DNA from: Plasmodiophora brassicae
Taxonomy: Eukaryota
Reading direction: 5' to 3'
Assembly (NCBI GenBank): GCA_036867785.1
Contig: CP145412.1
Span: forward strand, 434,001 to 498,000
DNA: 64,000 nucleotides
This document shows positions 26,035-37,674 of this stretch, one piece after another; the stretch's first letter is position 1, and the number at the start of each line of letters is the position of its first letter. The notes beneath the pieces are model-generated. The model saw only the letters and a list, made by a program, of their open reading frames with translations, had not been told where the DNA came from and ran no database searches. A program made the translations under genes and the position numbers.

Positions 26035-27045
26035 ATGGCCGAGATGGTCAACGTGCGGGTGGCATCTGGCGGTACGGTAACGCCGCGGCCGGTCAAGTGG
26101 TACCGTCGCCCGATGGGCCTTGCGGTGCTGGTCGTTCTTGCTGTCGCTGTTTCGCTATTGTTCTACGTCCTCCTGTCACCGCGCCCAGGGAACGCCTACC
26201 TTCGGTTCTCCAGGAGGTCGCCGGGCAAGTTTGATGTGCTCCTCCCCGACAAGGATCCTATCACGGTCCACGTAACCACCGAACCGAAACATGCCTATTT
26301 GAAGTTCTTGCTTCCTGATACCAAAGATGGTCCCGATGTCTGGTTCCGAGTTGGGGATCGCGAACTCGTGGAATCGCTCCCGTTTCGCGTTAACCTTCAG
26401 TCCGGTCGCGCCCAGATGTCCGGCAAGATTGATGAAGGCACCCGTGATGAGGGCTTTGTGAATGTTTTCGTGATGGACCGCGCCGACAGGGAACTGAACA
26501 CCTGGCAGATCAAGCACGCGATACAGAGCAATGAACATCTGGCTTTCGTATTCCGATCGCTATCCTATGTTCTATCCGACCCAGACAAGCATCGCGCTCT
26601 GTTCTCGTCGTCCTGGTCGAAATCTCCCTCGCTGCCCAAGGCGCTCACGTTCACAACGTACTGGTTCTCTGCCGGTGGTACCGTTCGCGACGCGTCCGGA
26701 AACAACGTGGCGCATGTTGAGAAGCGGGACGACGAGCTGCGACTTATATCCAACGTCGACGGCCGCCCCCGCGCTCTCTTGAAGCGCTCAAGCGTCGGTG
26801 ACGTCTTTGCCTACCGAGACTCCGGCAACCTCGGGGCGCCGCTCTTCTTTGTCAACCTGAAACGAATGTCTGATATATCGGCGGTGCCGTGGTGGTGGTG
26901 GTGCACCGTGACCAAACCGAAAGGGGCCGTCGTCTGGGAGGCGGACGTGCGGAGCGTGCTCCAATCGAAGCATGTCCCGGACATCGCCGCCGTCCCTCGC
27001 GACCTGGCCGTCCTCATCAAAGCGATCCTTCACACGCCCTTCTGA
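26035..27045 (+). CDS. Hypothetical single-pass (type II) membrane protein, intronless
   Basis: Long ORF with a basic segment followed by TM GLAVLVVLAVAVSLLFYVLL. Natural composition; no family recognised. Confidence 0.65.
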   Translation: MAEMVNVRVASGGTVTPRPVKWYRRPMGLAVLVVLAVAVSLLFYVLLSPRPGNAYLRFSRRSPGKFDVLLPDKDPITVHVTTEPKHAYLKFLLPDTKDGPDVWFRVGDRELVESLPFRVNLQSGRAQMSGKIDEGTRDEGFVNVFVMDRADRELNTWQIKHAIQSNEHLAFVFRSLSYVLSDPDKHRALFSSSWSKSPSLPKALTFTTYWFSAGGTVRDASGNNVAHVEKRDDELRLISNVDGRPRALLKRSSVGDVFAYRDSGNLGAPLFFVNLKRMSDISAVPWWWWCTVTKPKGAVVWEADVRSVLQSKHVPDIAAVPRDLAVLIKAILHTPF

Positions 27046-27351
27046 CCCGGTGACCCCCAAATACACTTGTCATATCGTCGTCCCAGGTACAGCGCGTCGC
27101 AGTGTCCATCGGAGCAGGTCCCGGTCGGCGCGGACCGCTGTGCCGGAATTAGGCGTGGTGGACACGGAGAATCGCGTCATTCCTGTCCGCAGCGTCGACG
27201 TTACCGGGTGCACGCACGCGTTGGGGGATGGTGCACTGCCCGTAGGGGTGCGACGACAGATCGTGCGTGACTGGGCGCGCGGGACTGCCCCGTCACACAC
27301 ACAGAGGCAGCCGCCGTACGTAGATTATCGCTCGCCTCCCCCGCCCCCGGC

Positions 27352-29127
27352 ATGGGTCGTCGATCCCGGGCCGTCGAGCTCGTCCTCGGCAATGTCATCG
27401 AGCATGCCGTGTCGGATCCGGCGGGCGCCACCGTGCCCAGCGCCCCTGACAAGGCGACGGCCGCGTCGGGGCGGGACATTATCGTGCATGAGGCGCGCGT
27501 CCCCCGGAGCGAGCACAGCAGCGCGATGCCGACCATTGATGATTCGCACCCGCAGTTCGACACGTCGCGGGCGCTCATGCACGGCATCGCGCATTCGTTC
27601 ATATCGGAACCGCCGGTCGCCGAGGCGAATGCCATCGACCAGGAACTGTCGTTTGGCAGCGAACGCGCATCGTCTGTCCACGAATCCAGTATCAGCCTGG
27701 GACGCATGCCGTCGTTCAATTCGTTCCGGCCGGATGCGGACGGGAGGATTACGCTGGATCATTTCCGTCAGGCCGTTACGCAACGACACGAAGTATGCTG
27801 TGGTCGTGGCGCATGCGCTGGATACCGCTCTGACTGTCGACCAGGTCCGCTATCGATCGTCGAACCTACAGTCCAGGCCAGACGACGTGGACGATAAGAC
27901 GTCGCCAGCGCCGGCAAAGCCCGTCAAGTCAATCCGGTTCGGATTTAAGACTTACGTATGAGGTTTCCGCCCCTGGAATTCCCAGCACCGTGTTCTCATT
28001 GTGGCAACGTTGTCGGGCAGGCGGGGGAGGTGTTCGCAGCGCTTCGTGCGACGCTGGGCATAGCGACGTCGTCGTACGTGAGGTCGCTAGCGGGGGGCGA
28101 AGCGTTCCACGATTTTGTGTCCAATTCACAATCGGGAGCGTTCTTCTTCTTCACGACCGACGGCAAGTACATCATCAAGACCATGACGCATAACGAGTCG
28201 CTTTGGTTCCGGGATTTCCTGCCCGACTACTTCCAGCATCTGCGGGACAATCCCAGATCCTTGCTCGTACGGGTCGTCGGCCTGTACAGGTTGAAGTTTA
28301 ACGGTACCAGTCTGCGTTTCGTGTGTGGTTCATGCATTCAACAGCATTGACCGGTGCTCCCGCTTCGGCAGGTGGGCGTCACAACCTTCATTTCTACGTC
28401 ATGCAGAACGTATTCGACAAGGATGCGTCGATCCCAATCCATGCCAGGTACGACCTGAAGGGGTCGACATTGGGCAGAGCTGCGAAATCCGGCGAAACTG
28501 TACTGAAAGACCTGGATTTCGAACAGCAACATGTCGTGCTACGGTGATTGAGTCGTTTGTGTCGGTCTCAACAACGAGCCTTAACGCGGTCTCTGCACTA
28601 CAGACTCGGCGGCAACCGATCTGCATTCCTTGCCCAGCTGCAGGTAGATGCCAATTTCCTCAGCCACGTTTCCCAGATGGATTATAGCCTGCTTCTGGGT
28701 GTTTACCACCGAGATCTCGACGAGACCAACCCGTCCGACGAAGAGGTCCGTATCATGACATTGCGCGTTTTAACGAGAGCCTGATCTGCCCGCAGCTGCT
28801 TGCCAGGCTGCATTACACGGCTGAAGAAGCAGCGTCGCCGCCAGAGTTCGACTTTCGTGGCATTATATCTCGCGATGCGGCAGGGCGGATAACCGAGGTG
28901 TACTTTGTTGGGATCATCGACTACCTTCAAAAGTACAACTGGAAGAAGAAAACAGGCATGTGCGCGTATATCCCTTCGACGTTTTCATTGCGGCTGACGG
29001 TCCGTGGGCTGCTGCAGAGCATTTCTTCAAAGGGTTACGCTTCGACCGAAATAGCATTTCAGCCGTCAGCCCTCCCGACTACGCGAAACGGTTTATGTCC
29101 TTCATTGCGAAGCATGTTGTCGAGTAG
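27352..29127 (+). CDS. Phosphatidylinositol-phosphate kinase (PIP5K family), multi-exon
   Basis: FKTY, SQSGAFFFFTTDGKYIIKT, YDLKGS, KDLDF, MDYSLLLG, GIIDYLQKY, ISAVSPPDYAKRF. Confidence 0.93.
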
Positions 29128-29408
29128 GGAGCGTGCCGCGCTGGACATGATCTACCTTGTTCATATATTTATTCCGTACTGACTGTACGAGCTCGTATCT
29201 ATACACATACACTCCACAACAACAGTCTGATGCGCCGGCGCCAAGCAACGTGCAAGAATAATCTACCTATACGGCGTTCGCCAAACCTGTTGCGTAATCC
29301 ACAGTTCCGTTCCGGATGTAACAGAGCTTTGGAGGACGACTGACAGAACAATCCGAGTGCACAACATCGTGGAAACGATGTATTGTCTTGCAGATGGGTC
29401 ACACGAGC

Positions 29409-30686
29409 TCACCTGGAGCGCTTGTGGATGAGGTTCAGCGCACACTGAAACGCGACAGGTGGGACAATGCTCTTGTTGGCCTCGATCAAGTCGGCGATTC
29501 GCGCGTGCGAGTCAACCTCGTATTCCGCGAATAGCGCAGGCAAGCCGAGGTCATTGTAGACCTTCTTCACTCGAGCGATCGACTCTTTGTCGTCCACGCC
29601 GAGATTCGTTTCAATGATCTGGCGCTGGCTTGGCGAACATCTTTCCAAAGCATTAACGAGCAGCCACGTGCACTTGTGGTCCTGGATGTCGGTCCCGATT
29701 TTCCCGATCACTTCCGGATCACCAAAGCAGTCGAGGAAATCATCCTGCGCCTGAAACTTCTCGCCCAGCATCATCGAGATCTCTTCAGCAACGCGCAATT
29801 GCTCGGGAGCATCAAATCCTGATAGGATCATGCTGCACGCAATTGGCACATAGAACGAGTAGTACGACGTCTTGTACTTGACAATCTTGTTGAGCGTATC
29901 CCTGGAGAACCGTTTCAATACATCAGGACCTTTGGCGCCCTGTGGCTGCGATAGCAAATCCATCAGCTGCCCAATCTCTGTCTGGAACGTCGTGTCCCGG
30001 AACAGGTCCATGAAGGTGACGTACTGATCACGATCTGCCGCGAACTCCGCCTGTATGCGGATCATAGCTTAGCGACAAGAGCCTGTCCAGGCTGGGCGTA
30101 TCCATACCTTGATGAGCCAGAAGACAAACGATTCCAAGATGAGTGCGTCATTGACAGCATCCATCTTGACGTCGTCCCTCTTGTACCAGCAGGGCTGGTC
30201 ACGACGCGTAACAGATCCGTCCATGACGTCATCAGCCACGAGGAATGACGCTTGCAGGATCTCAATACACCACCCAAGGATAATGGCTGGGCCCGGCACA
30301 AACGGAATCCCGCGATACGCGCACAGGTCTCTGGTGTTGGCGACCAGGACAATCGCGCGATTGCACTTCCCACCCAGGATGGTGTACCGCGACATGGCGC
30401 GCAGGCGCTCCACAAACGACGACTGGATTTTGAAATCACCCGCGATATGCGCTAGGAACGCTTCGAGGATCGGGTCGAACGCGCCCGCGAACGCCGAACT
30501 CAACTCGGATGGGGCCGACCAATCCACACCGGGCGCGAACAACTGCTCACGTGACGACAACGCCTTCGTCGTCACTGTTCGAACGGCCTTCGGGCGCCGC
30601 CGCAGCGCCATGATCGCCCAGGCGACGGCCGCCCCCGACAGGGCGCTGCTCGCCGCCAGCATCGCCGTGCACCCACCGACTCGCAT
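29409..30686 (-). CDS. FDPS: Farnesyl (or bifunctional farnesyl/geranylgeranyl) diphosphate synthase
   Basis: GGKCNR, FARM (LVADDVMD..TRR.QPCWY), KTSYYSF, SARM (FQAQDDFLD), GKIGTDIQDHKCTW, terminal IHKRSR*. Confidence 0.93.
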
Positions 30687-31018
30687 CCCAAAAACAAAAT
30701 GAGGTCGAGCTGCAGCAACCTGGACTCAAGCGCCGGCGGATCCTGTCAAACCTGTCATGCGACTCGGGAGAGAACTGGCGCAAAAACCCGCCTATAATGA
30801 CCGGCGCCCGCTGGCTCTGTATGTAGGACACGCGCGTCGCGCACTCTGCAACGGGCAGTGCGGGCCGGAAATAGGGTTGCCTGTGACTCCGACTGACGGC
30901 ACGCTCTGGGTGCTTCTGGAGCTGCCACCAATCGAATATTCTGGAAAATGGATGCGGGTAACCTGGTGAGCCGCCCGTCGCCTGTGGGCGGTCATTTGGC
31001 CGCGAGCGACCTCGAAAC

Positions 31019-31693
31019 ATGAGCGACGTTAAGTTCAGGTTGATGAACCCGACCTCCCCTCGGCACCTGCATGTTGGCAAGGCGATTCAGTTCGGATGGG
31101 AAATGTTCAGGCCTCACGCGCTCCCGCTGATGTTGTGGGCCTTGTCCGTCGTTGCGCTCAACGTCGTCAGCGACCTGATTGCGAGGGCGATCTCGACGTC
31201 CGTGGCCCCTTGGACCAACTGGGCGATCTCGCTTCTGTACCTGCCAATTTATCTCGGACCGTTCCTGTTCGCGTCTACTTGGCGTCACTCTGGGGAATCG
31301 CCAAACGCTCGCGTCTTGTTCTGGACCCCGTTTCGGTTTTGGCTCCCGCTGGTCGCAATTCACGTCCTAACGTCGATTGCCACAGCCATCGGCTTCTTCC
31401 TCCTCATTTTGCCCGGTGTCTACTTGCTGCTGACACTAGCGTTCAGCGCTGCAGTCTACCTGGAATACCATCACGACGGCATCGTCATTGTGGACAGCCT
31501 TGTTATCTCTCGAAAAAACGCCCATATGGTGTTCTGCCAAGTGTTCCTCCTTGGAATCGCATCCGTTGGTATATTGGTTCTTGGCGCGATCTGCTTCGGC
31601 GTCGGTCTACTGGCTGCCATTCCTGTCGTGGCCCTGGCCTGGGCCGATGCATTCGATCAAGTGATCGGTTTTAACCTGGCCAACAGCACATAG
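31019..31693 (+). CDS. Multi-pass membrane protein resembling bacterial DUF975-like integral membrane proteins; intronless
   Basis: About 5-6 hydrophobic segments; GFFLLILPGVY...DSLVISR...LGAICFGVGLLAAIP pattern. Family assignment is from recall only. Confidence 0.6.
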   Translation: MSDVKFRLMNPTSPRHLHVGKAIQFGWEMFRPHALPLMLWALSVVALNVVSDLIARAISTSVAPWTNWAISLLYLPIYLGPFLFASTWRHSGESPNARVLFWTPFRFWLPLVAIHVLTSIATAIGFFLLILPGVYLLLTLAFSAAVYLEYHHDGIVIVDSLVISRKNAHMVFCQVFLLGIASVGILVLGAICFGVGLLAAIPVVALAWADAFDQVIGFNLANST

Positions 31694-32462
31694 GTCGTTT
31701 GGAGAGCAGGCCCAACATTACAAATAATGATATGGAGTGTAAACACTCCTTTCCGATGAAGAGGCGGTTGCCTAGCGATAGCGTTGTGAAGCGCATGCAC
31801 GTGTAGGTTATGTAATGCCGTGCCCGGTAGACTTCCAGAGGGGAGTCCCGTCAGTCGCGGAGTTTTTCTGACCGCAGAGAGCTTCGGTGGCTGCGTGCGG
31901 GCGGAAACGTGGTGCTGGCAAAGGGCAAACTGGCCCGCCTTCCGGTGCGGCATGTGTCCGCATTGCTGGGCCATTGCAGCGATTGTTACCATCGTTTCAA
32001 TCGCGTGCGCAAATGCGGTCCACTCGGTAGAAAAGTTGCATAACGTCTTCCCTTTGCAGATGTCGATGCAGTAACGATGCCGCCTCGTGTTGTCAACTTC
32101 TGTTGTGCTAATCAACTAGCTGTTAGGGACGGCATGCGTCGTGCGCGTTCAGATTTTGTGAATAACGAAGAGCTCGCACGTCTCCTCGCTCTACTTGATC
32201 CCATACTGAGGTTTCACGAGTCGGTTCCGTTGGACTTTGCTGATCGCTGACATGCCGATCAAGGTCGCCGGGTTCGACAATGGCGAATGGGTCGTTTGCT
32301 TCGACAATGATGAATGGCTCGAATTTCTATGAAAGTATTGGCTACTCTTGGCTTGCGGCGGATCGCCCGCATTCCTCGCACCCTATGTCGTATCAGTATG
32401 ACTAATCATTGTGATGGTACGTCTCTATTGATGCGTCGCTAACATGTTTCCTATCCAATCAG

Positions 32463-33803
32463 GTCGTTCGTCTCGTCGCCGGCGCCGCACTCTATGTCTC
32501 AACCGTATGCAACGTTCGTGATCCAGTTGTCCTGTAAGGTGCGTTGCTGACATACTCCCTGCAGCACGAGAAGGCGTAGTCTAGGTGATGCATCGTTCGT
32601 CACGCCGCGGCCGTGCACTACGCCTCAACCGTGTGCAACGTTCGTGACCCAGTTGCCCTGTAATGGTACGCTGCTGACATTCTCCATGCAGCACGACATG
32701 GCGTAATCCAGTTGAAGAATGGACGGACTCGTGGGTCCGCAATTTGAGTCGGCCTGTGCGATACGCCGGTCGAGGCACTGTATCCAGTCGCTACGCCGAT
32801 CAAGCCACTGTAAGTGTGGCTGCTCGCACGCGGTATGCAAGGTGCTAAGATTTCAACAGGTGGTCACTCGGGTGCTGTCGGCCCTGCTGTTGGGTGCTGC
32901 ATCCACAAGCAAACTTGCAGGCCGTTAGTTCATGCGCCCGTTTGCGTCGAAAAGGAATTGACGATTCCATGTTCTTCAGGTGTGCGTTCACGTGTGTCTT
33001 CGGGCAGGTCGTTGCTGCCCAAAGCGTCTTCACGCGCGTTATCACTAGCTCGAGAACCAGAACCAGCACGGGCATCGTGGCGGGCACTGGGTGCCGGTGT
33101 TCTCCTGTCGACGGCATCAGTGTTCGCCGGACGGTCGGCAGGCCGGTACCTGTACAAGCGGCTCGCTACGACGAAACGTGTACGGAACGAAGCTGATGTG
33201 CTTGTCCCTGCTGAAGCGAATGCTGCGGGAGACTCCTCGCCACCCAATCCGCCCTTCGGTCAGAACTCGACGTTAACCATCTCCATTGTTTGCGTTTCTG
33301 TGGTTATCGTTGTTGTCGCCGTTACGTCCGTAATCGTCGCTGTTCGATGCCGTTCCCTGCGGCGCATACGGATGGCGAGAAAGTATGCTGAGCAAGCCCA
33401 GCAGATGGCCGTCGATATCTTCGAGAGGCGTCCTACGGATACTGGACAGGATCCTAGTCCGGCGAACCCACACCGGATGGAGAGCAACAGGCCAGCACCG
33501 CTGGAGTTCATTGGCGATGTCCACATGCAGCCCGTGGCGCTGTTCGACACAACAGGCGGGCAATCGGTAACAACGGCTGTCGATCGACGTACCGCGCCTC
33601 CAGCGAACCGGTATCGTCACTTCACGTTGGACACGCCGTCATCAGCACCGATCTGCCGTCCAGAAACCTGGGATACGACCCCGTACTCTTTCCTGGATAC
33701 GGAGATGCCACCCAGTGATCACAAGCACAGACACCGGTCAAGAAGAAACCTGTCACCGCCATTGTCTCGCGCTCGGCATTCGTCGTTCTCAGACTCGTCC
33801 TGA
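32463..33803 (+). CDS. Hypothetical membrane protein (multi-exon; 5' start unresolved)
   Basis: ORF 32814..33803 has TM ISIVCVSVVIVVVAVTSVIVAV followed by a basic stop-transfer and a disordered tail. Short upstream exons splice in frame. Confidence 0.5.
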
Positions 33804-33973
33804 CCCTGGCCTGGTCTACCCATATGTAGAAACGCCCCACCTATCAGTATAGTTCAACGCTATTTATGCTCTACTTCTATTGCTCAGTCTCGAGACACGT
33901 TATGAATCGTGTGCCGGTGTGTATTCAGAGTAGTACCCTACTGGGCGAGTTTCTGCGCGACTGCAATCTGCGA

Positions 33974-34566
33974 TCACGCGGCCTTTCCGCGACCGATGAC
34001 ACCACCAGCGACCCGTCCGCCAGCATTGCCCGTCGTCTTCGACAGCTGATGGCTCGTCTTGCCCAGGTCGTCAGCGACTACGACAACGCTCGCCTGATTA
34101 GACATCCGGTTTACGAGCAGGCAATGCGCGTTGATACTTTCGTGAATGATGAATGCGCGTCCGATGACGGAATTGTCGCCAATGAGGGTGACCATCGAAT
34201 CCGTGATGGAGACAGTGGCGACGCCGTCCTCGTTGGCGACGATGTTGCCGAGGTCGCCGAAATGGCGTTCGCTGGCAGTCGGCGCACCATGTGCCATCTT
34301 CATCGGGTTGAAGTGCCCACCCGTCGACGAACACCCTTGCGACAGGTCACCGAATTCGTGAATGTGGAAGCCCTAGAGCACCCAACGCTCGACGTCACAC
34401 TTCCCAAGGCACATCGATCATCGCAACGAAGTACATGTTTTCCCGCGTCCAATCCTTTGATCGTCCCCGCGATCTTGGTGGGTCCTCCAGCTTCGTCTTG
34501 CGACAGCGTCACCGACCCGGACACGCCATCACCGCGAAATACGCACACACCGGTCAGGACGCCCAT
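33974..34566 (-). CDS. SOD1: Cu/Zn superoxide dismutase, 3 exons
   Basis: [14 protein letters not shown]...GGHFNP, HGAP...[28 protein letters not shown]. Confidence 0.96.
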
Positions 34567-34702
34567 GTGCTTGGTATTCGTCTCCGACGACACGTCCCCC
34601 GAACGAACCAGTGAGATACTTCTGGATTGCACGTACGGTGGAGATATATGGTCAGAACCCAGAATGTTGTTCGCGTGCCCGTCTGCCATAGTCAGAATAA
34701 CC

Positions 34703-35984
34703 ATGCGAGCGATGATCTGGATGACTATTCTAGTGCTGGCAAGCAGAGTACATGCCCAGGACCAGGAGCGACAGCCAGAGCAGGGACCATCATCTCAACC
34801 GATGTCACAAGGGAGGCTCCCCCTGGTTCTGCTGATGTTATGCTCCGCTGTCGCTGCCACATGTCGGACGGGCGCCCTACCGTTTCCCTTGTCGTAGACC
34901 TTTAAACCCGTCGCTGTGTAGGGGCAATCATGAACATCCGAGCCAAGATTAGTTTACGTCTGGCGCAGAAGGCGATGGACCAGGCAGGTCTCGACAACAT
35001 GAAAGAATTGGTCGAAGACGAAGTAGGCGCCTCGATCATTGAACTACAACAGAGAAACGATACGTCCGACAAAGTCGTCATCGAGGCGGGCGAACCTGCG
35101 CGTGCCAACGACCGCCATTTTGTTGTCGTCCCTGAACCCATCTGTAAGTTGCACACTCTGGGCACGCTTGATCCTGCATTAACTATATCGGCGTCATTTA
35201 GACAAGTCTGCCGGCGACCAGTAGTCAGCCTTACCTAGGTAGTAGTGCAACTAATAGAACGGTGGATCTAATACAACGGTGGATCGATTGCGTGGCTAAG
35301 TGGAAGGCACACGAGCACAAACAGGTCCGGATTGCCGGTCCGCACGACAGGCGGGGCCCCAAATCGAGAAAAGACCGCCACGGGGTTACGGACTGCGCGA
35401 TACTCCGTGGCGCGGATACCACGACCGCGTCGCGCCCGTCGGCCGTCACAACGAACAAAGCGGCGATTTGCCTGGCGTCAATGCCGTCGCCACCGCGTCC
35501 CACAAGGCCGTCCAATCTGTCCGCTGCTCTGAGTCGTCCTATTGCGCCCGCGCAGCGACGGTTGATCCGGGAGTCGGCCAGGCATTTATCGGTGTCAGTT
35601 CCATCTTCCCAGTACTGCGTGCCGTCGCCACCCGCGTCGAGGCCGACGCAGCCGAAGGAGTCGCCGCCCCATTTGAGAATCCCTGAGACGCAGCGCCGGT
35701 CTCCGAGCGGCTCCTTTCGGCCACGTTCGCTTACGAATTGCTGTTCGGTACCTGACGTCATCGAACCCGTCGATCTTTACGACACGCGAGATCCGACGAC
35801 ACCGAGTGACGTGCGACACCATCACGTCCACAACGTCACCGACGACACGTCATCAACCATATATGCCCAGCTGCGTAATTATTCAGCGATGACGCCGACG
35901 GCGTTGCAATCACCGTCCGACACGGCGTTCGTGTTCGACTTCGAGCCGTTAGTCGTCGCCGTCGAGGAGATGCAATCCCGGTAG
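34703..35984 (+). CDS. Hypothetical signal-peptide/membrane protein (multi-exon)
   Basis: MRAMIWMTILVLASRVHA signal-like start, a second hydrophobic segment, and downstream ORFs 34930..35238 and 35262..35984 with a Ser/Pro-rich tail. Confidence 0.5.
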
Positions 35985-36637
35985 CAGGCAAAGACATGTA
36001 CCACCTCCACCGGACACATGTCGCCCCCGCCTACATTGTTCTAGCTGATTCCTGCACTATTACGCGTCTCTGCCGTGCCTCTGTGCATATCATAAACCCG
36101 GACGATAATGCTTCAGTCCCTGTCCAATCTGTTCACTGTAAAAATGAAATATATACAAATTATTGCTATCTTAACAAGCGCTCATGCTGCGTGTTTGTCT
36201 GTTGTACTCGTTCCGCTGATCTGTTATCGGTAGTGTTAGGGTGTCTCCTGTGTCGCCGGGCTGTGAAACGGACGCGCCTTGAAGGCGGAACACTCTTAGG
36301 CATCTTTGTGGGGACATTCTGCCACGATCGCTGCAAGCGATCTGAAACTTCCCGAAACGTCGCTTGGACTGGATCAGAGATTGTACAGTCGTTTTCGCTA
36401 GGTGTACAAACGAAGAGCGCTGACATGCCGCATTAAGGTGAAGCTGCGCTGCACCAGGTAACTGCCGCGCCCAGTCCATGTGCAGCGGACGGGCAGAAGT
36501 ACGTATTTACATAGACCTGCCGGTAGGTAATAACGGTCACCTGCCAGTCTGCCACATACCGTCGGTAGGTACATACCTGCGGGCGGACTGCGCGAGCGTT
36601 GCCGAGCTTGGCGGAGCGGCGCATCTCTGATGGGCAC

Positions 36638-37357
36638 ATGGTGCGCCCAGCGAAACGGTCCGCTGATTTCTTCACGCTCCAGGCTGTCAAGCATGGGTAC
36701 CCGTGCCGGTCCGTGTATAAGCTGTCCGAGATCGACGAGCGGTACAAAATTCTACGACCAGGGATGAAGGTTTTAGACCTGGGCGCGTCTCCAGGTACGC
36801 GATGATGACGAACAGCAGTTATGTCTGCGCCTTACTATTGTTATTTCGTGTTCGGTCAGGATCATGGTTCAAGTACGCCTGCGGGCGGGTAGGCGGCAAG
36901 GGTGCAGTCCTTGCCCTCGATGTCCAGGCGCTCGACCGGGCTGTGCAAGTCCCGACACATGGCAAATTTCTCCTAGAGGATGTTTTCAAGTGGACACCGC
37001 CTGGTCGGCTTCATGGAGCATTCGATCTTGTTCTCAGGTGCGGCCGTATAGTATCTGTGCCGTTCACAAGTGCGTTGCTAACCGTTAACCTTCCCCAGTG
37101 ACATGGCCCCATCGTCATCCGGGGTTCACGATCTCGATTGGGGTGCCGCTCATGACCTGAACGTGCGAACCCTAGAGCTGGCTCGCACGTTACTCCGGCC
37201 GACAGGCGTCGTCCTACTGAAAACGTTTCGTGGCACGTACTTGGAGGAATTTCAGACGACCGTCAAGAAATATTTCCACGACAGCCGCCTTATCAAACCA
37301 AAGTGCTCCCGAACCGAGAGCGCTGAGATCTTCGCACTATTAACCTGCAAACAATAA
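36638..37357 (+). CDS. MRM2: FtsJ/RlmE/MRM2-type rRNA 2'-O-methyltransferase, 3 exons
   Basis: GYPCRSVYKLSEID, VLDLGASPGSW, DLVLSDMAP, LLKTF and KPKCSRTESAE give the K-D-K-E tetrad. Confidence 0.9.
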
Positions 37358-37674
37358 TAATCCAGTCGACTGTCGAGTGCAACGCTCACCGCCAGTCTCG
37401 AAATGAGCCCCGCGTAAACGCAGACGTCGTCCTCTGGCCCAGGGCTGCAGCCAGGCCCGCACGGCAGGTGCGCCGCCTTGGACTGCACTGTGCAGCAGCT
37501 GTCGGGCGCTGGTCCCCACAGTGTTGTATACGCGTAACGTGGCTTGGTCGGGTGTGTGGATTTTTGGCGAGACCACAGTGGTGGGGCAGAGTTGCTATTT
37601 GCAGGCTCTGTCTGACTGGCCATCCTTGTCGCCGGTATCTCCACGCGTAATAGCGCCGGCGGACGACCTTGACG

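Noticed and set aside
32463-32715. Direct repeats considered as a CRISPR-like array
   Set aside because: Only two diverged ~120-bp copies containing splice signals, no spacers or cas genes, and a eukaryotic context.
33866-34897. 343-aa plus-strand ORF
   Set aside because: Mostly antisense to SOD1. Only its 3' end, from 34703, looks like a real first exon.
36000-36630. Possible small minus-strand spliced gene upstream of the methyltransferase
   Set aside because: Trial splicing gave only a very short peptide without recognisable features.
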